The position numbers and the translations under genes were made by a program. From contig RBNJ01000301.1 of assembly GCA_003990765.1 (NCBI GenBank), forward strand, positions 1 through 33,713: DNA of 33,713 bases, written 5' to 3'. This document shows positions 12,238 to 24,276 of the stretch, piece after piece. How positions within the stretch are numbered: the stretch's first letter is position 1; every line of letters begins with the position of its first letter. The stretch comes from Jimgerdemannia flammicorona (taxonomy: Eukaryota). A model generated the notes under the pieces. It worked only from the letters and a program-made list of their open reading frames with translations, did no database searches and was not told the DNA's origin.

Positions 12238-13652
12238 CTAATGCTTCAACTCAGACACGTACGCGTGCTCAAGCGCCTGATCCAAGTCCTTCATCAGATC
12301 CTCCACGTTCTCAATCCCAACGCTGAAACGCACGAGGGTGTCGGTGATGCCAAGCAACGCGCGATCCTCTGTACTGATGGAGCCATGGGTCATGACGGCT
12401 GGGACCTCGATGAGGGACTCGACGCCGCCGAGAGACTCGGCCAAGGTGATGTACTGCAGTTGGCTCAGGAAAGCGTTGACGTTGGCCAGCGTGCCCTTCA
12501 TCCGGAACGAGAGCATTCCCCCGAAGCCTTTCTGCTGACGCTGCGCGAGTTCATGTTGTGGGTGCGAAGGGAGGCCGGGGTAAATCACCTCGTTGATGTA
12601 CCGGTGCTTCTCGAGGAAGCGGGCGATCGTCATGGCGTTTGATGCGTGTGCCTTCATGCGGACTTCGAGGGTCATGAGACCGCGTCTGTGTAATAGACGG
12701 GAATTGTTGTTAATGACGACGTCATAAAGAATACCTTGTAAACAATGAAATACGCGCAAAAAAGGTACACACCTTGCCAAGTAGCAGTCGAAAGGGGATG
12801 GCACGGCGCCGAACGAGTTCTGCATGAACTTAAGCTTGTTGTAGAAGTCCTCGTTGTTGGTGACGGCGATGCCCATCACGACATCGGAATGACCGTTGAT
12901 GTACTTCGTAACGGAATGAATGACGACATCCGCGCCGAGCTCGAGCGGGTTCTGGAAGTACGGACTCAAGAAGGTGTTGTCGACGACGAGCATGGCGCCG
13001 TGGTTGTGAACACGCTTGGCGATGGCGCGGATGTCGACGAGGCGGAGAGTGGGGTTGGTAGGGGTTTCAATCCAGACGAGCTTTGTGTTGGGCTTAAAGT
13101 AGCGCTCGATGTTATTCGGATCGTACATATCTACAAAGTCCGTGCTGATGCCGAACTGACTGGCCACCTTGGTGAAGTAGCGGTAGGTACCGCCGTACAC
13201 GTCGTTCACGGAGATCACGTGCGAGTCCGCACCGAGCGATTGCACAATACTCGCTGTTGTCGCCGAGCCGGAGCTGAAGGCAAGGCCGTACTTGCCCTTC
13301 TCGAGCGCAGCGACGGCCTTCTCGAAGACTTGACGGGTGGGATTGCCCGAGCGGGAGTAGTCGAAGCCCTGGTGATAAGAGGTAGTAGATTCTACGTTAG
13401 CATATACTGTAATGGGCAGGTTGCTACACCGCATCTTTTTCACTTCCGTATTGATATTTTGCCCTAGAACTAGGATGTGATGCTTACCAAATGCTCGCCA
13501 GCAGCAGGCTGCTTGAACGTCGTGGACAGAGATATAGGCGGAATAACGGCGCCTGTGACCTTGTCGGGCTCCTGCCCGGCGTGAACGGCACGAGTACTGA
13601 AGCCGACCTCGGATTGATTGGTGTGCTCAGTGCTGCTGTTTCCCTTTGCCAT
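12238..13652 (-). CDS. CYS3: Cystathionine gamma-lyase (PLP-dependent), with introns
   Basis: 'GAVIPPISLSTTFKQ', 'YSRSGNPTR', 'VWIETPTNPTL', 'VVDNTF', PLP-lysine motif 'HSVTKYINGHSD', 'LAESLGGVESL'. Confidence 0.96.
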
Positions 13653-14172
13653 TATTGCTCGTGTTTTGTGTTGTAGATGTTAAAAGTGATGAATGGGGGA
13701 TGTGGGGTGTGCTACTGTACAGTTAAGTTGAGATGAAGATAAGAGGACTGGCGGGACATTTCTCTATCTTTATAGCCAGAATTTAGATTGTTGTCGAAAG
13801 AGTGGATTTGTAATTTACTAGGCTGATAGACATGTCAGTGGCCAAAAACAGTTCGAATCTCGGTTTCACTTATTCACGCGATTGAGTAAATCCACCATTG
13901 GACACGGTATGTAACTTTCCCACGGCTTCTGTCCAATCGTGTGTACGGAATTGCATGCAATCGATCGCGCCATCCAGGCCCACTGCTTACACCTATCAAA
14001 TCCATCAACCGCGTATCAAGGAAAATACTACAGAGCACGCAACCGAGATGTTGGTGCCGCTAGCAAGAGGTAAGGGTTGGCGCATCCCTAAGTAGCATAG
14101 ACGCTGAGTCGCCGCTTTTTGTACGATAGGGGGGTCATGCTTAGAAATGCTTTTTTTGGTTCGGAGATTAGA

Positions 14173-14230
14173 CTTGCGTCATTTTGAAAATATGGCGTCA
14201 TTCCCGATTCCAGGAATCGGACCACACGTG
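14173..14230. promoter_or_regulatory. Candidate sulfur-regulon motif cluster upstream of cystathionine gamma-lyase
   Basis: ATGGCGTCAT at 14192-14201 fits the CYS-3 consensus ATGRYRYCAT; related bZIP-like site CTTGCGTCAT at 14173-14182; CACGTG at 14225-14230. Confidence 0.35.
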
Positions 14231-14470
14231 CGATTGCTGATCCATCTGTTCAATCTGTTCATCTGTCAAGGGGGGCGGGGGCTTATAAATTAATGGAAAC
14301 TGAAAATAGAACACAGATTTGTTTTTAGGTTTAAGACTTGTTTTATTATTTTGTATTTTTATCCAAAAAGTTCATAGGTTTGGGGGGTTTGAATTATTAT
14401 TTTGGCTGCCCAGTACCAGATTTAGCAGTATGTTGTCTTTCTTATTCAATCTAGAAAGAATGTAGAACCG

Positions 14471-16999
14471 CTACAGATTTTGGCTCAAGAATTGTATTTT
14501 CGCGTTCTTCTTGACGCCGCTCGGTGTGATAGCTTCAGCAGTTATTTCTGTGCAGCCAAATCTCATATTGAACTGCATCGATTTCGTATCATCGACAAGA
14601 CCGTCGCGAGTGGGGAGATGCACCACCAAAGTGGCGGCTAATTTCATGGAAGGAGCCATATAGGTGTCGCCAATACGATCGGTGGTGTACAGCGAAAATG
14701 TAACATCGTTTTGAGTACTTTTGTAAGGGAAGAACCTACGAAAATGTTGGTTGTGGAGGCATTAGTACCGAAAAAATTAACACTTAGGCCACGGAATAAA
14801 TCCATTATCTCAATACACACTCATTGGAAATTAGATCGTCGATTCCAATTCGTTGTCCTTTAGTGACGACAGTATAGAATCCATTGTATGCTTCATATCT
14901 AAACTTTTCCTGATATTTGAATATTGCAACGACACCGATTAGAGCTTTTAAGCCGCATTGCAGGTAAGAGCCACACCAAAATAAATAAAAAATGCAAACC
15001 TCATTCCAAAACCTTGCTGCTTCGCCTAGCGGATTATCAGATTTCCAGGGTCTGATGACCTTCACCCCATAAGTAAGCCGTGCGCAGCGAGCGCCAATGA
15101 ATCTATAACAAACATGGCCAGCATTATTGGGCTATCACTCATCGATGAAAATTTTATATTCGGCCACGCACACACATACGTACCTCGGATTCAGTCCGCA
15201 CAACACCGCCCCTTTCACAACGGCACTACCCGGGTCAGATGGCCTAAACATGTTTTCCACACGATTTTCAAATCTTTCTTTGGCGCGCATCCACAAGTAC
15301 TCGCTGGCCGAGAATCCTCCAACGAAGAACATCTTGTTAATTTTCGCTTCACGTTTCTGCATATCGAGTATTCTTTCGCTTCTCTCCAGCTGGGTTTCGA
15401 TAAGATTCAGTGTTTTGTTGATCGTTGGATCGAACATATTCAGCATGTCTGTCAGCGTCAGCACCAATTCACCTTGGGTTTCTTCATTGTACCTTGAATT
15501 CATAAGGTCAACAAGGCTTTTTGGAATTGCGAGCCGTTTTTCAGGAATTCTTTTAGGAAAACTAGGCTTTCCCTTAAATTGGCGCTAAAATAAAATAAAA
15601 AGCATTTAGATCCAGATTTAATCCCATGTAAACTATCGCATAACAATCGAAGTTTCGGAGTTACCTTCAGTTCTTCCCACTGCTTCATTAGTCTCGACCA
15701 CTCTGAAGGCTCTGTGGCTTGTAATTTTCTCACGGCAAAGGATCCACACTTGCACTTGACAAATTCGATAAAACTCATATCAATGAAAGTTGATCCACAT
15801 AAAGCACCATCACCATCGATTATTTCGCGCAATGACTCGATTCCCGTGCTATCGTCTCGAAAAACTTCATGTATGGTCTGCAGGAACCCCCAAATAAAAA
15901 ATAATAAATACTCCCGTGACTGGATTGACCAAATTGCGATAAAGAACTGCTTACTAGATCGACTGTTCCACCCCCCGCGTCGACGACAATAAATGTGTCT
16001 CCTGGCTTCAACATATTTTGCCCTGATTTTTCGCAGCACCACATCGCAGCAGCTTCCGGCTCCAAGACAATTTTGAGTCGGTTTTCGTCATTCTCGGCTT
16101 CTTTCGAAAGCTGTAACATGGAAAAACATAAGATCGGTCAGATCTTGCTCGATTACTGCCTTGGGAGATGGATAATTTAAGCCCAAGTACTCACCATACC
16201 CGCCTTAACCGCGGCTTTCCTCATCTGCTGCTTCGCGCGTTCAGTCCACATAGCTGGCACGGTGAGGTACCACACAACATTATCCTTAGTTAATAAATTC
16301 CCGTATGTCACGTCAAGTTCGTCAAGGAACTGTGCATGTAGACAACGCAAGTAATCCGCAACGACGTCCACAGCAGTCTTGTCAGGCGGGAGAGGAATAT
16401 CGTTTGGAGCGACTGATTCATCAAGGCGCAGCTTGAACCGATTGCAATAATAGAGCCAGCTGGGTTCGTCGAGTTCTCTTTTGTCTATATTGTAATTCCT
16501 CATTGCTGTAAATCACGCCAATTGATAATAAGCGGGGGAGTTAACTCGAAAGTAGTATCGCCAAACTTAGGTCAATGAAGGACACAGCTTGAAGTTTGTT
16601 ACCTGTGTAGCCCCAACATTCAACGCGTTCTCTGTCATTTGCTATCTGCGAGTCATATTGATACAGGATTGCCGTGAGGTTTTTGCTATATGGTACCGGT
16701 TGGTCGTCCCAGTCGTAGTAGGCATGAACAACTTTATCATCGACATGAGCCTGCGACGATTGTAATAAGTAGAGTATATGCCAGGCATTGGTAAAGATAT
16801 ATATATATCATAAGAGAGAAGCCATTGGGAACAAAAATATATGTAGCTAAGCTCACCGATGCAAAGCCCGAGTGAGATGTGCCGAAATCGATGGCGGCAA
16901 TCACTCTGGTTTCAGGACCAAACGGCAGAGTTACACCTTGATGTTGTGAAGGGGGGGCCAAATGACGTTTTGAAGGGGAACCCAAAGCTTTCTTCCGAT
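14471..16999 (-). CDS. HSPA12-like atypical Hsp70 (actin-like ATPase), multi-exon; start exon not resolved
   Basis: 'IAAIDFGTSHSGFA', 'WYLTVPAMWTERAKQQMRKAAVKAG', 'LEPEAAA', 'VVDAGGGTVDL', 'CGSTFID', 'FVGGFSASEYL', 'AVVKGAV', 'RLTYGV', 'MRFGCTEI'. The traced exons join in frame. A CTAAT..CAG acceptor at ~17000 implies at least one upstream exon. Confidence 0.9.
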
Positions 17000-17634
17000 C
17001 TGGTGGTATTAGATTATGTTGTGTGGAAAATGAAGGGAGACGGGCAATACAGCTATTGAAGTCGCATTTTAAAGCGAAAGGAAGTCCATTGATGAGAGCT
17101 GATTGCCATTTACATTATTAAAGGCTCTCACATTGACAACCTGTCGTGAAGTCAATGGGCGTTCTATCATCTGATTACAGATTGCGTATGATAGATTATA
17201 TTTTAGCCTAAAGTCAGTTATTTGTGAAGGAACATGTGCTTGATTCTCTACTGCGAATATATCACATTCCCGACTGAAAATGCATTACTACAAAATATTA
17301 CGTCTGTATAGAGGAACAAAAAACCTGGGTCAAAACACCAGACGTCAGCACAATGACAGTGGCACTGCGCCAGAAACAGCATCTATGGCATCCTCTTTAA
17401 TATATGATTAAAAGGTGTTTGTTCAACAAAATTCTCCGATATATGATGCTTTACATGTACAGTTAATTAAATGAAATGCCCCAAGAAATTTGCCTTGCAT
17501 ACGCATGACGCCTCAAGATGTTATATAATGCAGTATTATCAAAAAAAAAAAAAAAAAAAAAAAAAAATTGGGTTATACTCTGTTCAAAAATACAAGTATC
17601 TGCGCACAACACAACTGACCCCATATCAGGCACC

Positions 17635-19182
17635 ATGAATCCCCAGGCCAAGAGGGCTTCCGATGCACCTACACTAAACGGGCCATTTTTACAATACAAA
17701 AGCGAAAACTCTGCCAGAGACACCAGCAAAAATGGGATTTCCGAAGCACCAAGGCACGCTTCTCCTATTGCACTAGACGATACGCAACATCATGACGCTC
17801 ACCAAGCAACATCACTACCGCATGTCAAAGTACATCGCAGGCTATTCGCCGACTACGGGCTCAGGTCTCGAACGGAAGTTATTACCTCGTCAATGCAAAA
17901 TCCTGCCCCGCACCAACAGCGTGACGAACCAAACTCTGCAAATATCAAGCGCGAAGAGTTTGACGATTGCTTAGGCGCATTACTACGAACCTTCGACGAA
18001 AAATTTCAGAGGCAGAAAAATATCGAAAACCAAACCCAACACAAGCTGCAAGTTCGAAGACTCTTGCCAAAAATCCAAAAATTGAACAACCAGGTTTCCG
18101 TTCTCACCCAAGAAAAAAACGCCGCAATAGAAAGTATCAACCATCTCAACCTCGAAAATCAAACGCTCTCAGAAAAATTGGAGGAAGCAAACAAGAAGCT
18201 ACTTGAATACGAAAAGCAACAGCGTTTGGAAATTAACCTTCGCGCAGGCGTCAATGCGACTGGTACGTTTTCCATGGACGGAGTCAATCCTAAAAATTTC
18301 CACACCGCCTGGTCGATGATTTACTCCACCATGCACGATATGCTGAGCCACATAGCGAAGCAGGACATCTTTGATAGCGAGTTCCCCGACAATGTATTCA
18401 GAAAGCTGGTGCGGCCGCACGTCATGGCTGAAGTCATCAAAAAACGTGACGGGGTACTCTCGTTGGAACACTGGATAAGCAAAAACTTATTATCGATCTG
18501 GGAGTCTGCCGAGGTTGATCCTGGCGAGCATTCTGGTGGAAATATTCAACTGTGTCACGGAACAGGCGACGATATTTTCAAAGAGTTGACCCAACTAAAT
18601 TCGTTCATGTCGTCGAAGGGAGCCATCGCGGACGCAGAGGCTGTGATAACGAGCACCAAATTACGGACTTGTCTTGCCAAGTTCGTCTTAGATAATATAG
18701 TTAATCCCGAGGAGTTCGTGGACAGGATTGAGGATCCCAATTTCGACCCTTTCGATCTGTTGGCACCGGAGATCCGTCAGCGCTTTTTAAGTTGGTGCCA
18801 AGGCAAGCATGCAGCCATTTGCAGTATGCTTCGCAATTGCGTTCACAACAAGGTCATCGAAGAGCATCAACCTACCATCAGAATCCTGGTGTATGCGTCT
18901 ATCTACACGCGTCTGCAAATGGAAGTTTTGGGAGCCGGCAGGATGAGAGTCTTCTTTACCGGTCGTCACAACACACCCTTTTCATTCAACGAATCCTTCC
19001 ATATGTGTCTATCATCCATGCGGCTGCCGTCGACGTCGCCTCCGCCGGCTGGACAGCAAAAGGGCAGCACAGTACTTTTTTCGGTTTTTCCTGGCGTTGT
19101 CCGTTTCGATAAGCTCGAAAATGGAATGGCGTTGGGTTTGCGTGTGGTGGAGCCGTGTCTTGTATTCATTTCTGAATGCTAG
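17635..19182 (+). CDS. Intronless coiled-coil protein with a GrpE/MIEAP-like C-terminal beta motif
   Basis: Long uninterrupted ORF with likely start CACCATG at 17635. Heptad-like region 'IQKLNNQVSVLTQEKNAAIESINHLNLENQTLSEKLEEANKKL'; C-terminus 'FNESFH...VLFSVFPGVV...RVVEPCLV'. The ORF is solid; the domain call is inference. Confidence 0.75.
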   Translation: MNPQAKRASDAPTLNGPFLQYKSENSARDTSKNGISEAPRHASPIALDDTQHHDAHQATSLPHVKVHRRLFADYGLRSRTEVITSSMQNPAPHQQRDEPNSANIKREEFDDCLGALLRTFDEKFQRQKNIENQTQHKLQVRRLLPKIQKLNNQVSVLTQEKNAAIESINHLNLENQTLSEKLEEANKKLLEYEKQQRLEINLRAGVNATGTFSMDGVNPKNFHTAWSMIYSTMHDMLSHIAKQDIFDSEFPDNVFRKLVRPHVMAEVIKKRDGVLSLEHWISKNLLSIWESAEVDPGEHSGGNIQLCHGTGDDIFKELTQLNSFMSSKGAIADAEAVITSTKLRTCLAKFVLDNIVNPEEFVDRIEDPNFDPFDLLAPEIRQRFLSWCQGKHAAICSMLRNCVHNKVIEEHQPTIRILVYASIYTRLQMEVLGAGRMRVFFTGRHNTPFSFNESFHMCLSSMRLPSTSPPPAGQQKGSTVLFSVFPGVVRFDKLENGMALGLRVVEPCLVFISEC

Positions 19183-19958
19183 ATTCTGTTTGTTTGTGGA
19201 GCCGTTTCATGCCGCTTGAACCGTCAGATAAAAAAAAAACCCCCCGACTTGAACGCATATCGGATTGGGAAGGGGTTGTCCTGTATCGATTTGGTTGTAA
19301 ATCAATGATTCGAAATAAATGGTTGGAAACACATGCGACGATGAAAGATTTAAGAAACAAAGTTCTCAATCGAACTTCCCACTATCTAATTACATCTCTT
19401 TAGATCCTCGAAAAACGAACTCATCACACTCTTTCATTTTTAATGCGTCGTTCGATTCGATAGAAGTCTATATTGGCTATAGACAAATTTTGGAGTGTTG
19501 TGCATATTGAGAATTGGCCTGGACAGCGGGCAAGTTTGAATTCAAAAGTATCTCGAACAAAGCCTTGACACGCCTGTCAGTCATTTATGATGCTTTTTGG
19601 TATGCAATCCAATCCGAGCTTATGAGACGAGCATCGCCTAGTACCCAATAGAGGGGCATTCTGAGCTGAACATAATGCTGCACACCTGTATGGCGACGTT
19701 TTGGCGTGAAAAATGATCCACGTACTTTAGTTAGTTCATGTTGGAATAGGATACAGATCCTTTCGAACACAGGCAAATAGTTTTGTTGATGTGTAGAATG
19801 ATTTCTATAATGATCCGACATATCTACTTTTCTCCTACTATCGTGGTTTCGACCACAATGCGTCTAATATATATACAGTGAATTTTGTTTGGAGTTCTAC
19901 AAACTTCTTGCCACTGCTTCCACTCAATCAAATCAGTCAAAAAATCGCATTTATGTTT

Positions 19959-21239
19959 CTAGAATAAGGTCACGGCGATGACTCCGCCGATCATGGCGAC
20001 GGAACCCAGGCCGCGCCAGACGGTAAAGTTGCGCTGGGGAACGCCGACGAGGCCGAAGTGATCAATGAGGCAGGCGGTGATGATCTGCGGAAGGATAGGT
20101 TGATTTGGTAAGACATGAGATGAACACGGAAAATGGAGTAACATATGCGAGATGGAGTTCTCACCTGTGAGCACACGAACACGCTCAGTACGGTTCCTGC
20201 GCCAAGACGTGGCACTACACGGAATGAAGATGCGAATGTTCGTTTAGTAAGGAAATGGATAGCACTGCGCGATAACACGCATAGGTGGGCGACAAGTGCA
20301 AACAACTACAAAAAAACAATCAATAAAAACACAGAGAATTCATTACCTGTGAGGATATTGACAACAACAAAGTACGCGCCTAGTGCACCGCCTGTGAGTG
20401 TCAAGAAAAAAAATTGATGAATAATAAAATGATATACTATGACTGGATTCTCTCAAGCGAAGCGGTGAGCAAGCTTTTTTTTTTTTCTTTCTTTTTTGGT
20501 GGGGAAGGGGTATTGGTGCAAAAGAACGGACGAATAATCGTGTAAGACATACCAACAAATGCCCACCAGGGTAAGGCTAAATTGAAAGAGGGGAATGACA
20601 AGAATAAAAGCGAGCTGAAATCTAGATGAATGCATCACGAATGAAGCCGATCGCGCAGGGAGCAGAAGACATGTGACGCCACTCACTGGTGAAGGTGCGC
20701 GCCAGATCCGGCGCTGGCGACTTGATGGCCAACACGTCAATGGCGCAGTAGATGGCCACGCAGATGAAGCCCGTGCCAAAGGAGAAGACAGCGGAAAAGG
20801 CGCCGCCTGCCACCTTGCCTAGCTTGCTGTTGCAACCTGGATTGTGGATATGCCATGAGAGAGGAAGGGAGGGGTGGCAAGATCAGATCGGACATTGGAT
20901 CGCATGAATTGCAAGAGCTGGGGAGCACGCACCGGCCTGGATAGCCAGAGAGGCGCCGGCGAGGATGAGGAGGAAACTGGCGAAATAGATGTTGCTGAGG
21001 AGGTCCATCTTCTTTTGTTTGAGAGGGACGGCGAGGTCGACGGCGGAATCGGGGAACGAGTTGGGGAGCGAGTTGGGGAGCGAGTTGGGGAGCGAGTTGG
21101 GGAGCGAATGGTCGGGCTGGTGGTTGATGTGCTCTTTGAATGGCGGGATATGCTCAAGGGATGACGAACGGGGTTGGTTCACTTGTGTTGCGGGATGGTC
21201 GGCGGCCGTTTTCTCAATGACAACGTCGGTCAGATCCAT
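19959..21239 (-). CDS. DMT-superfamily transporter, YdcZ/DUF606 type, multi-exon
   Basis: 'AGASLAIQAG|CNSKLG', 'SFGTG', a 24-nt micro-exon at 20553-20576 giving 'LPWWAFV|GGALGA', 'PRLGAG', 'IDHFGLVG..QR'. Confidence 0.87.
21049..21107 (-). repeat. 12-bp coding tandem repeat encoding (SLPN)n in the N-terminal extension of the DMT gene
   Basis: TTGGGGAGCGAG x~4 plus one degenerate unit on the + strand. Confidence 0.95.
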
Positions 21240-22120
21240 ATGGACATTAGATGTAGAGAGGAAAACAAAGCGAAGGTTTGGGTCACGTTATTTGGCATCC
21301 CGTGGAAATAACCGCCTTAGGTTAGATCGCTTTTTTCCGCTTACTTCAACCTTTGGGGGATAGGTATAATTCCATAACGGGGGGTCCATTAAAACGCGGA
21401 GTATAAGCCACAGGATGGATTTGTGATACAGGCGTGTTACAGGCGTGTGATGGTAACACCGTCCCTGATTCACACAGACCGCTAGACTGAAATTGGGTAA
21501 CCATACATAACGGACTTCGCCTCCGAGAATTCGCTGCATAACCCGGTTTAATCCTCAAAGCAAGAATCACCCACCGAATTCGCCACATATCTCGAATTTA
21601 GTCCCCGGGACAAGAATTACGCATTATTACCTAGATCTCCGATCAGGATACACTCTCCAATAAAACCAAGAGTTAGGAAATAAGCCTGAACAATAATAGA
21701 CTGCACTGCATATATACCCGTATGCCCACTCCACTCACATAATTACCAAACACCTATCTGCTAATTCGGTATTAGAATTAATCAGCATATATTTTCATAA
21801 AGTTGCGGATAGACATAGATTTTAATGTAGAGTATCAGAATACCATGAGGTTAAAAGAAACAGATAAATGTAAAAAAAGAAAAAGAAAAAGAAACTAAAA
21901 GCAAATACTTTTCATTTGTCACTTATGCCAAATCTACATGTGTTCATATCAGACATAAGAAGTATTTTGGATAAGGAAGAAATTAGAGATCCGTACAATG
22001 AGCTAGGGAAGAAGTCCTCAGAGCCCTCTACTACTAAGTTTCCATTCTCTCCATTATCAGTTTCTGCTCTCTCTGCCTATCACTAATTTTTTATTTCCTC
22101 TACGTTTCCTGTTCAGCATC

Positions 22121-24075
22121 TTAATGACCTTCATCTTGCCCACTAATAACAGGCTCTAATACATTTCTCAAATGTCCAATAAACTTTGTTGCTTTCTCTG
22201 CTAATTCTTCTTCCTCCAGTATATAAAATTGATTTCTTGTTCTCTTAAATAATTTATATATTATATATCAGTTAATGTTTCTCTATATTTTTCTCTTGCT
22301 CTGTTAGTTCAGGCTCAAGAACTCTTACCAAACCATGAGACTAGTAGACCTCCATTCCAGCTTCTTCAAATATTTACTGAAATTTTCTCCATACTTTAGA
22401 TATTAAGATACATATGTATAAGTATTATTATATAGCTCTTCATGAAAGATATAGTAATAGGTCAGTATATAGTGATTGAAAAGCTTACAGTAACATTCAG
22501 AAGCTATGAGGTCTGGTATCTTCTTTCCTTCATATAGCTTTTTTGAAAGTACACTTATCTTCTCAGTAATAAGTTTTTGAATTATAAATAGAAACTTATA
22601 AATTTTAGCAAGAAATTTAAATCTCATATCAGTAATAGAGATCTTCTTAATATGAAGTCAGCAGCAGTCTCTTTGGCAGCTATATTTTTTTTCTTATTAA
22701 GCTTCAGAATCTTGTAGTAAGCTCTTATAATTTAAAAATAAAATTTAAATTTTATCTATATATTATATATATATATTTAAAAAATATATTTAATAAAATA
22801 CTTACTAATGAGACTATGTATAATAGAGGTCTCCCACTTAAGTTCACTATGATATGACTTAAGAGTATTAGTAGATATTATCTGAAAGAAAAGAGATGAA
22901 TGATTTTATATCTAAAGTCTTTACTTTTGAGAGTTTTTGTTATAGTTTCAGTGAATATATTTAGTATTTATCTTAACAGAACAAATTCTAATTATTTCTT
23001 CTATAAGATCTTCATAGCTAGCTTTTATATACTTGTACATTATCTGAATCATCTTGTTTATAATATATATATTTGTATAATATATACAATATAGAGAAGA
23101 ATATCACACTTCTATTTATCTATATAAAGTCTCTGAAAAGTAGTAGTAATACTATTAACTTTTACACTACTTTGATTATAGAGTATATACTGAGAACTTC
23201 AGTATAAAGTAAACAGCTGAATTGTTTTTAATATTTTTGTAACAGTTTTGCTATCTTCTTTATTAATAAAAAAGTAAATACCAATATTTTAGCAACTATA
23301 GCTATTATATAGATAAAGAGTAAATAAGTACTATTTATATTTATTGGTACTATATATAGAGTCAATAAGTATTAATTATCTATAGTGTACCAGATTCTTC
23401 AATTGTTCTAAGCTTACAAAGCAAAAGCCTTTTGAATTCTGAATAGAATACTATTTAACTTAATAATCTTCAGCTATCAGAAATTTTGTAAAGCTCAGAA
23501 TATCTGCCTTTAGATTACTTTCTCCTATAAGATGCAAGATCATCAAACTCATGAGTTTTTGCTTAATATTAGCAATCTCTAGTTACTTTAGATGCTTAAT
23601 ACTAAAGTCTAAATACTCTTTCTTTATTTTTTTCTCTGATAATACTAGTAATTGCTGGAGTTATATAGCTTTTAACTACTTTCTGAGCAATGGTATCTCT
23701 GATGAATTTTGAGTACTTCTATATATCAATCTCATCAATAGAATAATAATGATTAAGAGTATCTTTAAATTTTCCTACTCATATTTGCTATATTATTATA
23801 AACTAAATAATCTTAATTTTGACTTAATAATTAAGAGCTAGTTGTTTTCAAATAGTAGAGTATTTTTCAGAAAGAATATTTTTCTTTTAGTTAGCTGAAG
23901 GTTAAGGTTTAGAGAATCAGCAGACATATGATATCTATTTATCACTATTTTCTTGAGTATTTCTCTCAAATCTTATCTAAAAGTTATTTATAAAAATCTA
24001 CTGATTGTCAAATTTCTAAAGAGAGAGCTCAAGAGACTCTTTAATATTAAAAAATTATTAGTGAGTAAAAGATAT
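22121..24075 (-). mobile_element. Degenerate Mutator-like (MULE) DDE transposase with SWIM zinc finger, heavily transition-mutated
   Basis: The minus strand reads 'R*LILIDSIYSTNKYK*YLFTLYL' (MULE first-Asp motif, D-x-T-H/Y-x-T-N-x-Y), 'CDILLYIVYI' (CxxH remnant), 'TNTLKSYHSELK' (TNxxESxH remnant) and 'ECYC..TYYYIFH' (SWIM remnant). Many in-frame stops; probable start ATG>ATA at 24075. Confidence 0.82.
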
Positions 24076-24191
24076 AATGAAGGTGAGTGATGATGAAAAA
24101 GATAATAAAAGAATATATATTCTCAACTTTGAAAAACAATATATTGCTACTAGGTAAGTTTTAATTATTTTTATTATCAGATATATAGACT

Positions 24192-24276
24192 AAGATATTT
24201 TGATCTTTAAGAGATTTCAACTATCAAGGAATTTTAACCATTAAGAGATTTTGACTATTAAGAGATTTTAACCATT
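24192..24276. repeat. 17-bp tandem repeat x5 (consensus ~AAGAGATTTTRACYATT), probable subterminal repeat of the MULE element
   Basis: Five adjacent 17-mers starting at 24192, 24209, 24226, 24243 and 24260, about 120 bp from the transposase 5' end. Confidence 0.8.

Noticed and set aside
12241..13467. Long plus-strand ORFs (133 and 240 aa) overlapping CYS3, and similarly 58-564 (minus) over the SURF6-like gene
   Set aside because: They are antisense shadows of GC3-rich coding sequence and show no motifs.
1379..13652. Apparent one-carbon/SAM/sulfur gene cluster (FAU1, two methyltransferases, CYS3)
   Set aside because: The genes are interspersed with unrelated housekeeping genes and form no coherent pathway; without synteny evidence it is likely coincidence.
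17518..17634. 5' extension of the 554-aa ORF with a poly-Lys tract
   Set aside because: The Lys run is a poly(A) homopolymer followed by a CTGAC..CAG acceptor, so it is probably intron or UTR; CACCATG at 17635 is the better start.
24192..24276. CRISPR-like array (also considered for 6833-6888)
   Set aside because: The units are contiguous with no unique spacers, there are no cas genes, and the context is eukaryotic.
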